A DNA stretch of 63,602 nt, filler included, from Hausera hauseri (Eukaryota): NCBI GenBank assembly GCA_046269625.1. It is 10 parts of 10 records of this genome, joined end to end, with 100 filler letters (N's around TTAATTAATTAA, not from the genome) between each part and the next. Parts side by side here need not be neighbours in the genome. Positions count along the whole stretch, not along the records: positions 12,624 to 20,398 come from JBJURY010904312.1; positions 20,499 to 25,821 come from JBJURY010279507.1; positions 25,922 to 33,399 come from JBJURY010012345.1; 7 more parts are not named here. One strand, given 5' to 3'. The notes below the pieces were generated by a model, which worked only from the letters and a program-made list of their open reading frames with translations, made no database searches and had not been told where the DNA came from. A program made the position numbers and the translations under genes. Shown here piece by piece: positions 13,669-27,313 of the stretch (the stretch's first letter is position 1; each line of letters opens with the position of its first letter).

Positions 13669-16600
13669 TTGTCTATAGCATTGATGTGCATGTCTGAAAT
13701 CGTCGTCATTTCAGCGGCCGACCAAAGACTGCCCGACGGGTTCTCCACTAGCGCCGATCCCTCTTTCGGCAGCCTGCGTAGGTGCAGCGCCTTCCGCAGA
13801 AAGATGGGTCCCTCTGCGCCTATGGGAGCGGTTCCCCCCCAGTGGTCGCAGGTGGCGTCATCACGTAATGCACATTCATCACAAAATGCCATATGTAATT
13901 CTTCTTTAGCTTCTGTTCGCACATCCGTCGATTCTGGATCCGTTTCAGTAAACGACAAATACCAGCCTATTGTAATCAATGATTCACAATCTGACGACGG
14001 CCTGTCCTACCGACAATGGATTACCACTATTCTTAGAGAACGGGTACGCTGTTGCATCTTTGTCATTAACGACTTTTGCAGGTTCTTTCTGAGAATGAAA
14101 CTCTCACTATCATTCTTGAAACTTCGAGTCTTCTTGATGATTGTTTTTCTGCAATGCAGGCAACAAACGAATCATTAGCCGTAATTTATAGGGATTGGGC
14201 TGTTGGGAAGGCACGTCGATTGAGAGATGCGTTCTTACAAGTGCGACGGAATGAAAAGGTCACTGAGAAAGTTAACTCAATTATGGTGAGTTTTATTTTG
14301 TGTCATCTCGTTCGTATGTTGCATGCATGTGTTTATGTTATACCTGAGATTGTTCAGCATATTGGCGCGCCCCATGTGGCCGCTATTTTCTCCAGACTTG
14401 TTATCAGAAGTATGAACAATCAGTCACCAACCTCCCATACGCAGCCAGAACGATCTGCGCGGCCCCCACCACCTGCACTTCATACTACCGATTTGCCTCC
14501 TATTGAACACCACACAAGCGCACCAGCTGCTCCTACTGGACTGTGTACAACAGATGCTTTATCACTTGTAGAATCATATTTACTGTCTGAGCTTGGCGTG
14601 GCAGTCGCACAGCCGATGTCTGGACGCGGCAGAGGAGCTCGACGAGGACTTACGCTGCGTAATCTGAGTGTACTATATGGCGCAGCAGCGACATCGCCCA
14701 TTGCCCATCAGCAAAACACAAATATGCGCAATGCAGTCAGTGCTCCCAAGCCTGCAGGGCAAATCGTAAGAGTTTGCCTTTTGGCGCCGTTTAGTTCCTC
14801 TTTCTGTTGTTGTTGCATGTTGAATAATGTTCATTGTATTTCTTAATGTAATGCGTTCAGGGATCCAGTCTTCAATTGCGCAACACGGATGTTCCAAACG
14901 ACTTGTCTGGAATACCGCCAACGGCTGCTCTGGCTAGCGAATTATCCGGCGTCAGTAGTCAAGTACGCAGTATGTTGCAGTCGGGCTATTTAAGGAGAAA
15001 TGTGTTGGCCGTTTTGTCGCCAGGATGCAGAAATATCGCCAGTCATTATTTCCTGGCAGTAGCACAAGTCAGTGCTAGTCACGATAAAGCTCGAATCGTC
15101 ATTTACAAAGTTTCCGTACTTCTTGAAGAATTGCACAATGTTGCAAGTTCTGGTGATGAGACAATAAAAGGTAACGTTATGTGTGTATGTCGAGTTACGG
15201 ATTATGGTAGATATGGACTGTCGGGAGGACTTGATTGAGCAAGTTTGTACTGCAACATTTGCATTCACCGTAATGTCTATGAGCGTCAATTCTGCCGACC
15301 AGCAGTACATGGCTGTATGCGGTTTGAAGGACGTTGTTGTTCTAATGTTCACGGCAATGGGTAGTGTCAGCAGCAAAATTCCCATTCGTCTTGTCTTGGA
15401 CGATACTAACCAATTTGTCATGAAGGCTATGTGGTTGCCTGGCACTCAAAGTCATTTAGTGGTGGTTTTGACACAATCTGTTCAGATATTCGACATAAAT
15501 ACTGCAACAGGTCAACCGCTATTCCATTTCAAGTCTGTGGAAGCCAGATTCAAGGACGCGACTTTCGCATTCATGCAGAGCAAGGATAATGGAAACACAG
15601 TGGACTGTTATGTTTTAGTCATGTCGGATAGCGGTTGTATTCACTGCAAAAAGTTGGATAAAGAGTGTATCGGAAATACCGGGTTTTACTTAGCAGAGAT
15701 GTTAGACTGGAATCCAGAATTATTCGGTATGAACAGAGATCTGAAAACTGGCATTCTTGGAAAAGGAGGCGCGTCTATACATTATGATCATCAATTGCAA
15801 ATTCTATTTCACTCATATAATAACGGATATACGTTCTGCTCCGTATTGGAAACGGGTGCTGATGATCTGTACGTCGATACCAACTACTTTCTCGATACAA
15901 CTGGCAACGACCCTCCGCTAAGTCTTACCGGATGGGCATCTGTTCCCTCTCAACCAGGTTTAGTGACGGCCGTTTGCGCACACAACAACACACCATTCTA
16001 CTTAGCTGTTGAACCAAACAGATTTGCCTATCAGATAATGGAGAAACACAATGGTGCTGAACCAGGTAAAGATGCGGATTGCTGTGTTGCCTGTAATCGA
16101 TGTTTTTATTCAGTATCACTCGACATGTCTGACATATCGGTAGCCAGTCTTACCAAAGTTACGGATGCTATCACCTTTCCATGGCGCACAGTCAATGACG
16201 GAGGTAGTCGCACTGCTACAGTATCTATGGTACTTTTCTACGATGGACGTATCCGGCTTCTCACTTCTCGACCGGCCACTACTTCTGATGGATTGTACTG
16301 GTTACGCGACTCATTCAGAAATTCATATTTATATCATTGTTTGGGTTGCGCACCTATGTCTAATCTTATTATCGATGGTCCAACAACAAGCATTGAGGGT
16401 CAACAAAAGCAGTACAAGACTCAGGATAGCGTTTTTCTTGATGATCCATCATGTGGTCATATTCCCGTTGATTTTTTCGAGCACTGTGAACAGACGAACG
16501 ACGTTTCGTTCAGTGGAGATCGGCTGTTGGAATTGTACTCACAGGATGTACTTAATAGTCGCATGGCCAATCAGGAACAGAGTATCACAGTTGTTTGCAA

Positions 16601-19030
16601 AAACCCGGTAGCAATGGTCATTAGCAACCGGCGACCGGACTCAGTAATCGTTGGTGTACGCATCGGTATCAATTCTACTGATCCCAGTAAGGTGCCGCGA
16701 TATGTTGAGATATACGGCAGGAAGGTACACATGCCTGATGGCTTAACAAAGAGCCGCATTGTTGACATCGGTTTATACAAATCAGAAATAGCCCATAACG
16801 AAACGTCGCTCACTATCCATGGTGAGTACATATGCATCCGTACTGCGTTATCGTCGTCATTCAGTGGGCCCCAGCAGGAATGCTAACGATATGATCGTTA
16901 TCGACTTCGTTAAAGTATTTATCCGACTGAAGGCATCATTACCTTGGCTGGCTGACAAACAAACGCTACTCAGAGGCAAGGATTTATTTGCTCCGCGCAA
17001 ACAACAACCAAGGTATCGTCCAATTACTAGCGACAGGGATTTCACTTTAATCCATTGCAGAAAGTCTCCGTCTATATTGGACACTGTGGCATCTGAAGTT
17101 ATCTCCATTGTAGCATCCCACGGGCTCGGTTGTCCAACTGACTCTACTCGACTTCCCAGTCCACAGCTCATAGCATCCGGTCTTCAATTACTCACCGCAT
17201 TTTTCCATTTCAAAAGTTCTCTTCGACGGCCGGTAAATTAATTAACTGATGCGTGTTTCTATACGATGTTCTCTACAGACATTTGACACCAGTATTGTAT
17301 CCGATAGAACAATTCGTGCTTTTACTAGTGACCTATTGGCAGCATTCTATCCTGGAACTGTTGTGCTTAATGCCGTCGCACTTCTGGCAGCTGTCAATCT
17401 TACGCGACAGACCGACAAAACTCAATCGCGCGTGGTCTTGTCCATCACGACATCGATAGCACAAACACTGTTCACTAGCTGCAGATCCGTCATTACGACC
17501 GTGCGTGACGCATGGCATTCTGGCAATGCAGAGCGGGACTGCACATCCGCACCGGCATTAGAAGCAGCTGTTATTCGTCTGTCTCATTTGATTGGCAAAC
17601 ATGTGTTATGGCGTACGTCCGATGATGATGCCATATCAACGCAAGATGTCTTCGATCTGCTTGTTGTGTGTCTCAATCTTATCGTTGAATTCCACGGCAC
17701 ATGTAATTGTCTCCGACCACGTATCGGCACAGATACAGGAGTGCCTCCTCTGATCTGTGCATACATTAATCCAGTATTTCGTCAACGACTGGATTATCTG
17801 CCGGCACTCATTCCCGCAGTTATCAGAGCACTGTTGGCATTCACTTTTCTCAGTAATATTGGAGCATCGCCCACGAGTACAGATCGACTGATGGCTGTGC
17901 TTATCCGACTTTTGACTCATGGGAATTTAGCAGTATGTTACCATTTGTTAATGTGCCTGATATAATATTTAGGTATCTCATCATACACGCAAGGCACTCA
18001 ATCAATTTATACGGCTGTGTTATGCCAGGGACGCTTCGGATGTAGTCGAAAAAGTAGAAGATATATCAAAACCGACGGCAAAGGACGCGAAACGGCTTCG
18101 ACCATTGACTCCAGATATTGATGTAATTGGAAGTGCAACAGATCCATTTGACGGTCAACAAGACGCAGCATGGGGGTCTGCGGTTGAATCAATGCAATTT
18201 GCCGAGGGATCTTCAGCTGGAGGAGGTCAACAGCAAATATTGCCAAATCTACAGGATAGTACGACTGTAGTGGGCGGTGAACATGAGCCAACGGAAGAAG
18301 ACGAAGAGGCTGACGATGAATGGATAACGGCCATGCCAAATTCAGAATCAAATTCATTGGGCGTAAGTACGCTAGCACAGGATGCTATGGCTTTGTTCCA
18401 GCAAATGGAAGAAGCTTCTCCTGAGATTGTTGAGGCAATTCATAGTCTTATAGCGAATGCTGACGAACAGACCGTTAGTGGTAGTACTAGAGTACGTAGT
18501 ATTTCAGACATTTAGATGATCGATTACGCTCTTCGGAAAAGTTTGGAAGAACAGGCAACAGCGGCGACTGGTCAGGATGCAGTTAACAGTGAGGACAAAG
18601 AAATTGTTGGAGGAGTGACAAATCAGGAAGATCAACGGTCGACGAACAACACAGCTGCGGCCGTTGCTGATGAATGGCCGACGGGCAAGCAATCAGCTCA
18701 ACTGGGCACTGTTGATGCTCAAGGACTTTCACCGCTTCAGGCTGTCAAGTCAATAGAACCAACTGCGACACCGGATCATGAAACAAGCGACACCAATAGT
18801 GAATCGGATATCGGTACATTTGCCATTATGAAGCCGTTGCGGTCTGCAACAGACAGCGGCCGAACAGAAATGATCCAGGCAGTTTTGCAGTTTAGTACAC
18901 AATTTTTGTCCGCTGTGACAAATCAATGGCCTCAACTTCTGGGTGACATGAGTAGCGGACGATCTAGCGCTCTTTTTAAATCCATATTCGAGATCATTCG
19001 TAGCATAGACATGCGTGATGAAGGAGCCAG
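13669..19030 (+). CDS. UBR4: UBR4/p600 E3 ubiquitin ligase, internal multi-exon part (beta-propeller, DOC-like region, UIM). Introns 14044-14081, 14286-14357, 14766-14860, 15171-15210, 16822-16864, 17233-17278, 17933-17972, 18474-18515
   Basis: YMAVCGLKD, KAMWLPGTQSHL, PVDFFEH, VPRYVEIYGR, IDFVKVF and DEQTMIDYALRKSL resemble UBR4 motifs; eight GT-AG introns join the listed ORFs in frame; 5' start not identified. Confidence 0.88.
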
Positions 19031-19093
19031 GTAATTTTATCTATTGGATTAATAAGGGCCGCATCACAAACATGGACATGACATTTTACTTAA

Positions 19094-19335
19094 CCCTTTC
19101 GATACGGGTATATTTTGCAACGTCGAACGCGCTAGACGCAAAAAATGTTAGTTTTCCAAACTAACATTTATGGTATTGAGATTTGCTGTGAATAGAAAAA
19201 AATCACGTTTTTATTTCAATGAACTTTATAGTAATAATATAGTAAAATTTATAAACAAATTAATAAATGTAAAAGTAAATATTGCATAGTATAAACAAAC
19301 AAAAACGCTTATTGATGTGACCCGTACTTAAAGGG
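19094..19335. mobile_element. piggyBac-type MITE
   Basis: TTAA|ccctttcgatacgggt ... acccgtacttaaaggg|TTAA: imperfect TIR with TTAA target duplication. Confidence 0.8.
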
Positions 19336-20500
19336 TTAATATTAAAAAATCATGCAAAAGTAAACAAATAAAACCAGGTTGGTATAAATACCAGCCCGAA
19401 AAGACGAAGAAAAACACATTATTACTATTTTACGATACGCTTTACACTACAAGTTTACCTGCTAAAGTAACTAAGAGGTAATCAATCCTTATATATTTTG
19501 TTCTTAGAAATCCGATATAAGAGAATTATAAACTAACCGAATCCGAAGTTTTATTTACAAGAAGATTCCGAAAGTATATCAAAGTGTAAATTTTCTGTAA
19601 GTGGAGTAAGTGTATATAAATGTTCCGTAAACACATTGACCGAACCAATTAGATACTTAAATTCAAAGACTGCTGGTAGAATCGAGTACATTATTAATAA
19701 TAATTTAACTGACCGTGATTGTCATTAGAAAACTTCATTTGCTGTAGGAATGGACCGAAATGAAAATAAGGGGAGTGAACTGCAAGAAGGACAACTCGGT
19801 AAATTACTGCTTGGATTTAAGTGTGAATTATTAAAATAATTAATTATATGATAAAATGTCAAACGCCGCCAAGAAAATGTTTTGCTTTGTGAGTCTACAT
19901 GTAGTATGAAATTAAATTTCTCTTATTTCTTAGTAATAAAATGCGATGTATTACCCCGAAAAAGGAAATTATGATTATCGAACTGATTAGTGTTGAAAGT
20001 GGTAATTAATGACATTCCTTTTCGATGGTGCTGCGTCGTTTTCAGCAATCATTGGTGCATATACCCAGGATAGCGATCAGAAGAGAAGTGGTTTATCGTG
20101 GGCGTGTGCTGTTGCACAGTACCGGTATCAGATGAAGATGAAGATTTGTGATCTATCCTCGTCAGTACTAATGATGATACGCTCAACACCTTATTGTGAT
20201 TGGATGGATAGGGATGAATTGATTGGTGCCGTAAGAGAGCATGGCGCCGATACCAGCATAATTAACATGCAGACGCAAAACAGTGATACAATGGAAGATG
20301 ACCACTTGAGAATTATGTATAATGTAATCTACATTATCCAAGTAATCCCCGGTCGTTCTGGAAGGATGATTTCGTTCCTTTACACACCGGATATCGAANN
20401 NNNNNNNNNNNNNNNNNNNNNNNNNNNNNNNNNNNNNNNNNNTTAATTAATTAANNNNNNNNNNNNNNNNNNNNNNNNNNNNNNNNNNNNNNNNNNNNCA

Positions 20501-20749
20501 AATTATTTTAATACTGTTGAAAAGGTACGTGGTGAATTAAAGAACTTGAAAGGGAAAATAATGGACAAAGTACGACACTGTCAGCTTATATGTGTACTAT
20601 GTAAACAAAGAAAAGTGGATACGGTATTCTTAATGTGCGGCCATCTCCTTGTTTGTCAAATGTGTTCCACCACCACCACAAAAGTAATCCACTAATGTCC
20701 AGAAAGTAAATGTGCTATAATGGAAATTGTGCACATTTATTATGAATGA
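20501..20749 (+). pseudogene. C-terminal RING finger (IAP/MDM2-like) gene fragment
   Basis: CVLCKQRKVDTVFLMCGHLLVCQMCS...*CPES...IVHIYYE*; premature stop; 5' end cut by contig edge. Confidence 0.75.
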
Positions 20750-20886
20750 CTTCAATAACATGGATGTAATTTGTATCATTGCGATGAAACAATACTCGCA
20801 AACTAAATATCTATTGTTTGCAATGAAAAAAAACCTGTAATATAAATACAGATGCAATTTCAGTTCACGCTTGTCTTTTTTAAACA

Positions 20887-21084
20887 ATGTCTTTTGAAAA
20901 CTATTCAGCAGTTGATGACAGTCTCTCAAAAAAGCCATGGTACAGAGAATATTCGCTCAGAAATTCTCCGTTGTATAACTTACATTATCTGCACAACGCT
21001 ATTCAATTGCCATTGAGGCAAACGGTCAAAATCAAACCGGTAAAATCCCCAATATGGAAAATGGGGAAGTTTACTATTATTTAA
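20887..21084 (+). pseudogene. ORFan homologous to 31539-32060, internally shorter
   Basis: YNLHYLHNAIQLPLRQTVKIKPVK and SPIWKMGKFT match YNIHFLRTSILVQLSTPIKMKQVK and SPVWKLGKFT in contig 4. Confidence 0.65.
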
Positions 21085-21367
21085 CTGACTTTATGTGCTT
21101 TTGTTATTTTAGTTTTTCTCTGATCAATAAAGAAATACATTCGTGTTACATATTTTGTTTTACCGTGCAAGGTTATTGTTTTACTTTTACCTTATCTTAA
21201 TAATAATAAATTAAGTAAGTAACCGAAAACAAAATACAAAAGACGCTGAACAAAGTACGTTATTAACATTAAAATAAAACAATGTACAAAAGACAATTGT
21301 CGATAACTGTCACAATATTGAATTGTCTGTATCTGATCTGATCTGATCTGACACCACCGAACATGTT

Positions 21368-24300
21368 TTATTTTAACCTCCAATGTCCATACGCCCAACT
21401 CTTATTTCGCCCCACCCACTTACGCTTATCATCATTGCATGATAAAGCGACTTTTTTTTCGTTACCCTATACAGCTGGTGCTCAATCGATCGGATGATAA
21501 TCACCGTGGTCGATTTTCGTCTGTCTCAGCTGGACTCCTTTTGCCCGCATTTTCGGTCCACAGTCACTCAGAAGACTGTAGCATTTTGGGCGTAGGAATA
21601 TCCATTCCCGATACTGAATCCGATCTTCACTTTCATATTTGAAGCAGCCGATTTTGTTGGTGATCGCGCTGCTGTACAACGGATGATCAAGTGAGTAGTT
21701 GGACGTGTCGACTAGTCCATCTGCCATCATTTCCCGGAGCAGTTGGTCGCGATTGACGTTTTTCAGCCCAAGAAAAAACCTGTTTGTATCACCGACAACG
21801 ATACTAATCTCACAGCCGTCGAACATTTGCCGGTAACGTGCCAAGTCGCGATACTGGAGCTCGTACATTCGTAACTTGCTCAGATCAAGTACCGCTTGTC
21901 CGATATAGCTTGGTCGGTTCGGTACGACTTCATCTCTGTTTAGAACCACGGCGACCAATCCATCGGCAATGTTCATTGATCGTCTAAACTGAGCCTTGCT
22001 GGTGTAGGTAACGAGTCGTTTTTCGTTGTTAGGGAAACACACATTGAGCCGCTTCTTCAGATTCTCCACTGCTTTCCCGTACAGTAAATTGCTTTTGAGC
22101 TTGTAATAGTCCTTTTCGAACTTTATACAAACTGCAGCTCGTTTTTCTGAATTTCCGTCAATATACTCCTTGAATATCGGCGCTTGATTGAATTTAATTG
22201 CGCGATGCAGCTGTGTGACGCGCACACTGAGCTGTATATAGAACTGTAGCAGACGCCGATGGACCACGTAATTCAGCTTCGGTTCATGCGTCATGAGCAG
22301 TTTCTTCACTTTTGAGCCTGGCGGACATTGGTTTAATGGTGTGACCGGCAAATAGTCCAAAACGTCATGCAGCTCATCTGGTACTACAAGATCGACTTCC
22401 GTCAGGTATTCGACTGAGCTTGCCATGTCTGCTCGTGGTAACTTGAGCATTATGTCGTCCAGATTTTCTCTGTCGACTACCCATTCAAAATAACCGTACG
22501 GCAAGGGTTGCGAAAGCTCCCAGCCGCACGGGTTATTAATACACATCGGCCAATAAGTACACGTCCAGTTTGAGATACTGGAGCATGTACTCCAACATGT
22601 TTCTACAGCCGAGTTCTGTCCAAGATTCTTGTGCTCTACGATATTCATCTGTGATGCCTGTCCATCGCGGAGGCAATTCCTCTGCTGTTCGGAGTCTCTC
22701 ATATGATGTTGCAAAGTCATATGGAAATATGCCTTTGCTGCGTGCAATATGTGTGAGGAACTGCGTTGAGGTTATCGGCACATCCGGCAAGGCATTTACC
22801 AGCTTCACCAATGATTCACTGAGAAATTGCAATGAATCAAGGAAGCGTATATGGAACCAGTTTATGCGTACTGACAGGGACAGGTACTTCTCCATTGTTT
22901 TTGGGATTATGGACAGTTCCCAGTGCGAAAATGCGTTGACGGCCCGTTTGAGTTTATGATGACAATCATAACCTCGGAAATTATGAAAGATCACGGGTAA
23001 GAATGGCCGCACACGCCTTGTCAAATTGCATAAATTGCATGCTGCTCCTATGTATCGACCAGTGAAATGATCATGGTCCGGTACAAGCCATTCCTATGCA
23101 TCATACGGTAACATTTTCTGGCACAGATAACATTCCTCTGTGATTGCAAACGTCAGGCTTGCGTCTTCGTCTGTCCAAATCAGGGGTTTTGTGCTGTTAT
23201 TTCGATACCACTGTGCGATTTCCGATTCAATTATTGTTTCCAAATGATGCAGGAAATCACGCTCACAGTCCCAGCCGTGAAACATGTAATACTGCGGTTC
23301 ACCTGCAGCTTTTATTGGAACAACCAACATTCCGTCGGCGATTGGAACATGTTTTGGTCGTATGCGTCGTGACGTGGTAGGATTGCCTCAATATCAGCAT
23401 ATACCACATATGCTCGACTGTTTGTTTTAGACCCGTCACTAAATCGCAACTCCTTTTGACTGGCATGACGTATATTGTTGTTCCTGATGCATTCTGTTTG
23501 CACAGCGTCATATGTTTTTCCCACGTGGTTTCTGATCTGAAGCTAAGCACACATACAGGACACCATTTACAACGTATACGCTTTTCGATGAACTGATGTT
23601 GGGCCATGTTCACCAGTCGGTCCAAATTTGACACGGCCACGAAATGAAATTTTTCTGCCTGCTCCAACAATAACAAATTTACTGTGCGTCTATTCGGGTT
23701 CCGACTTTGATAGATTATATCCACATGTGGATTCTTGTAAATTTATTCATCTGCCGGTATTTCAACTATTGCATTGTACCGTAACGCGTTGATTGACAGT
23801 GTCGGATTACGCCGTTCAAATGCTGGAATGGTTTTCAGTTTCATCGGCATCCAGTTTCCGTCGAATTGCAATTCGGAAAAATGCTACCGATACTGACTTG
23901 GACGATATGCACTATGTCTGCTACTTCGTCATATTTTAATACCGCCAGAATACTGTGAATAAAACAGTAATCATTGTTTGTGCTTTTTACATTTACTACC
24001 GCATAAGAGTGCTTTGATGCTTCAGGTGTCGGTATGAATGAACGTCCGGACAAGTAAATTATGTCACTCGACTTTGGTACAATAAAACCGAGAGTGACAG
24101 CTTTTAATATTCGCCCACCACTGCCATTTTCGGTGTAGTTGGCAATTTTTTCGTCCATCTTTTCGCCTATGTCGGCAATAAAATCTTTGGAATATGGAAC
24201 TGCTCGATGTGACAGGTGCCATTGTTTCCTGCCACCCTGCAGATTCTCAAATTGTGCAAGTGCATAATATTGCACTTTACAGTTGTGATTTTTTAATTTC

Positions 24301-24931
24301 TCCACTTCGGTTTCTAACCGGTTGGCACATGAGCGGGTCCATGCCTCAGTTGAGTTGCTGATTTTGCCGACATGTTTACTTTTATGTCCACGTACGATCT
24401 GTTTAAATCGTACATGACAGTAATGGGCGGTTCCTGCTGCTGCTACTGCTCTGTACTGCTGCTTTGTAGGTATTCGTCAAGACTTGTTGATGCTTGACAT
24501 TTCCTGATTGTTGAGGGAATACTGCTTTCTACTGACTCCATTAATATTTCCTTTTTGGACCTCTGAAACTGGTTCAAGTAGTCCTTGTGCTCATTATAAA
24601 ATTGTTCATAGTTGATTTCATCAACTATAGAACAAGCGGGACATACATAGGCCCATTTACTGTGCACCGTTGTGGCGCCATAGTATTGCTCCATTGTACT
24701 ATGGCAACCATCAACGTTGTGTACTCTACTTATACAGTACCGTGGATACATGGGGCAATTCACTAGCATAATCTTCTTCGACCGTGTAAACGGTCCGAGA
24801 TGATGCTTGTGCATCTCATAAAAATCGGGGTACGGACATTTGACTGAAATATTACACGTCGGACACAAATGTGTCCATTTCAACGTTGTTATATTTCGCC
24901 ATCTGTTGATGGCACTGTTCTGCCTCCTCAT
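21368..24931 (-). pseudogene. protein-primed family B DNA polymerase polyprotein, Polinton-type, copy A (frameshifted, internal deletion near 22540)
   Basis: ENGSG, NVKSTNNDYCFIHSILA, YADIEA, CYLC..DHDHFTG..AACNLCNL, FHNFRGYDCH, KGIFPY, KLKSNLLYGK, GDTN, LRPKCY, DDKR; the IRGG-containing segment between ExoIII and motif A is missing. Confidence 0.92.
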
Positions 24932-25110
24932 GTATGCTAGAGACGCGGTACATTAGATATTTTGAACATTTTTAAATTTAAACAAATTAAAGTAAATGTT
25001 AAATTTAAATTAAAAACGTTAAATACAATCATATAATAAATTGATATACAATAACTTATTTCTTTTACTCAGGTATAAACATATCAACCATATTACATAT
25101 TACAACTTAA

Positions 25111-25386
25111 ATGAAAGAGTACATTGAGTGTAAAATTCGGAAATTGACAGATGAAATAATGACTGGACACGTGTTTGACGTTTAGTATCTATGTGAGCTG
25201 ACAGAAACCAGGATAATGAGCAGACGAGAGTATATTGAAGTAATAGTTCGATCTCTCTTCATAAAACGTATCAAAGATGAGTGGAAACGAAAGTGGCAAC
25301 AATGACGACATATTAATTTCCTCAGTGGACTTGTATTTACTGCTTCGCTTTGTATTGGAATGAAAAAGTTGATTGACCGTATTTAA
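25111..25386 (+). pseudogene. small ORFan with C-terminal hydrophobic helix, copy A
   Basis: KLTDEIMTGHVFDV..SRREYIEVIVRSLF..INFLSGLVFTASLCIG; homolog at 26860-27183. Confidence 0.65.
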
Positions 25387-25481
25387 TTACAAATTTTATA
25401 TTTGTTTTCGTGAATCAATATAATTTATTTTTTACATTTTAATATAAATATATGCGCTTCTTTACGGTATGACATTACGAC

Positions 25482-25821
25482 ATGTCCCATTTAATAGAAC
25501 TCATTTGTTTATACCACTCGTTCGACGGTCTCAGGAGTCACCTTTACAATTTTTATCGACCTTTACGTGATGCACGATACTGTTCTCCCGAAGAGATACA
25601 CCGGCGTGCTGAGAGAATTGGAAGGCACTGGAACCTTATCTACGACATAAGAAACAGGTTGTTGGTGACATGGACACGATATTCGGTCTGATTTTTAGCA
25701 CCTATTGGAAATTGGCAAATTACTGTGTTGGATGATAATCCACATCAAATACGGTTTGTGGAAGATTTTGTCAAATGTGATTCCAACATTCCAACGTGGC
25801 AATCGGTGGATCAGATTTGCT
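25482..25821 (+). pseudogene. ORFan homologous to 26302-26748, copy A
   Basis: LYHSFDGLRSHLYN..RPL..ARY shared with copy B. Confidence 0.7.
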
Positions 25822-25958
25822 NNNNNNNNNNNNNNNNNNNNNNNNNNNNNNNNNNNNNNNNNNNNTTAATTAATTAANNNNNNNNNNNNNNNNNNNNNNN
25901 NNNNNNNNNNNNNNNNNNNNNCTTTTCTCTTTCAATGTAGAGATTGTTGTAGGTGAGC

Positions 25959-26223
25959 GGACAACACTATTTCCCACCTTCCTGACTATAACGATTGTCT
26001 TGAGTAATAAGAAAATTTGCGATAACCGAAAATGAATGTTAATTTATTTTTATTTTTTATTAATAATTTTTATATTATTATTATTTCATTATTAAATTTC
26101 TTTTCATTTAAATTACCCACATATCTAAATATGTGGAATTTTTGAAAATATTGTGACCAAGTTTTCGGACAACAACATTTCCCACCTACCTCACTATAAT
26201 GATTGTTTTGAGTAATTAGAAAA
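25959..26223. repeat. two imperfect direct repeats of about 55 bp (25959-26014, 26168-26223)
   Basis: ggacaac..atttcccacct.cct.actataa.gattgt.ttgagtaat occurs twice. Confidence 0.75.
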
Positions 26224-26301
26224 CAAAGTTTTATTCTTTTATATCGTGCAATTACTACTACTACTACTACTACTACTACTAATGTTACTAAATCATTCGA
26301 G

Positions 26302-26748
26302 TCAATTCGGATTACACAAACCGCACGGATTAGCCAATTCCAAAGGAGAAGATTGATCGCGACCATCGGAATTAACCGTATTGCAATATTGCTTTAAGCC
26401 CATTTCATCTGCTGACTGCCACATAGGAATGTAATCCGTCTGATTACCACCAACACCACGTTTGACAAAATCGGTCATAAATTGTACTTGACAAGGATTA
26501 CCGTCCAACGTCATTTTTCTATATGTGCGAAAAATCTTACGGAATAAAAATTCCATATCACCAGCAACATGCTTCATATGGGGTAGATAAGGTTCGCGTG
26601 CCCTCCAATTATGCTCACCAAGTAGGAGTAGCTCTTCCGAAGGCAAATATCGAGCATTGTCTAGAGGTCGATCGAGATTGTACAAGTGGTTCCTGAGACC
26701 GTCGAATGAGTGGTATAAGCTAATGAGTTGTGTCGTCAAGTGAGACAT
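26302..26748 (-). CDS. hypothetical protein of the pPolB element (148 aa)
   Basis: intact ORF with a syntenic homolog in contig 3. Confidence 0.7.
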   Translation of the reverse strand: MSHLTTQLISLYHSFDGLRNHLYNLDRPLDNARYLPSEELLLLGEHNWRAREPYLPHMKHVAGDMEFLFRKIFRTYRKMTLDGNPCQVQFMTDFVKRGVGGNQTDYIPMWQSADEMGLKQYCNTVNSDGRDQSSPLELANPCGLCNPN

Positions 26749-26859
26749 TGTATACTCTTATGGAACGCAAGAAGAAGAAGAAGCACATGTACTTATACTG
26801 CAATGTAGCTTGAACACACACACGCACAAAATAAAAACAAACACGTAGCAAAATTATAT

Positions 26860-27183
26860 ATTTATGCTGGGTTAAATACGGTCAATCAACTTTTACATTA
26901 CAATACAAAGCGAAGCAGTAAATACAAGTCCAATAAGGAAATTAATCCTCTATCGTTGCTGCCGTTTTCATCTCATTTTATCCTCAATACCTTTTACGAA
27001 CAGAGATCTGACTATCAATTCGATATATTCACGCCTGCTCACTATTTTCCTTTTTGTGAGTTCACATAAAAACTGTACATCAAACACGTATCCCGTCATT
27101 ATGTCATCGGTCAATTTCTTAATTTCAATTTTAATGTACTGCTCAATTTGATTAGTATTAGTAGAAATAGGGGAAACAAACAT
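26860..27183 (-). pseudogene. small ORFan with C-terminal hydrophobic helix, copy B (frameshift near 26968)
   Basis: KLTDDIMTGYVFDV..SRREYIELIVRSLF; downstream DNA nearly identical to 25314-25385. Confidence 0.65.
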
Positions 27184-27313
27184 TTATAACAGAGTATAGT
27201 TTATGTTTAATGTTTAATTTTACGCGTTTATTTTATTTATAATTTTAAATGTTGTTAATTTGTTTAAATTTAGAAATGTAAGCAATATCCCATGTACTGC
27301 GTCTCGCGCGTAC

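Noticed and set aside
13629-18935. Minus-strand and alternate-frame ORFs over UBR4
   Set aside because: Shadows of a moderately GC-rich coding region with no independent motifs
20009-20398. 130-codon ORF at the end of contig 2
   Set aside because: No recognisable motif; cannot tell exon from chance ORF
26860-27183. Bcl-2-like identity for the tail-anchored ORFan
   Set aside because: No BH1 NWGR-like motif and too short; only the hydrophobic tail is similar
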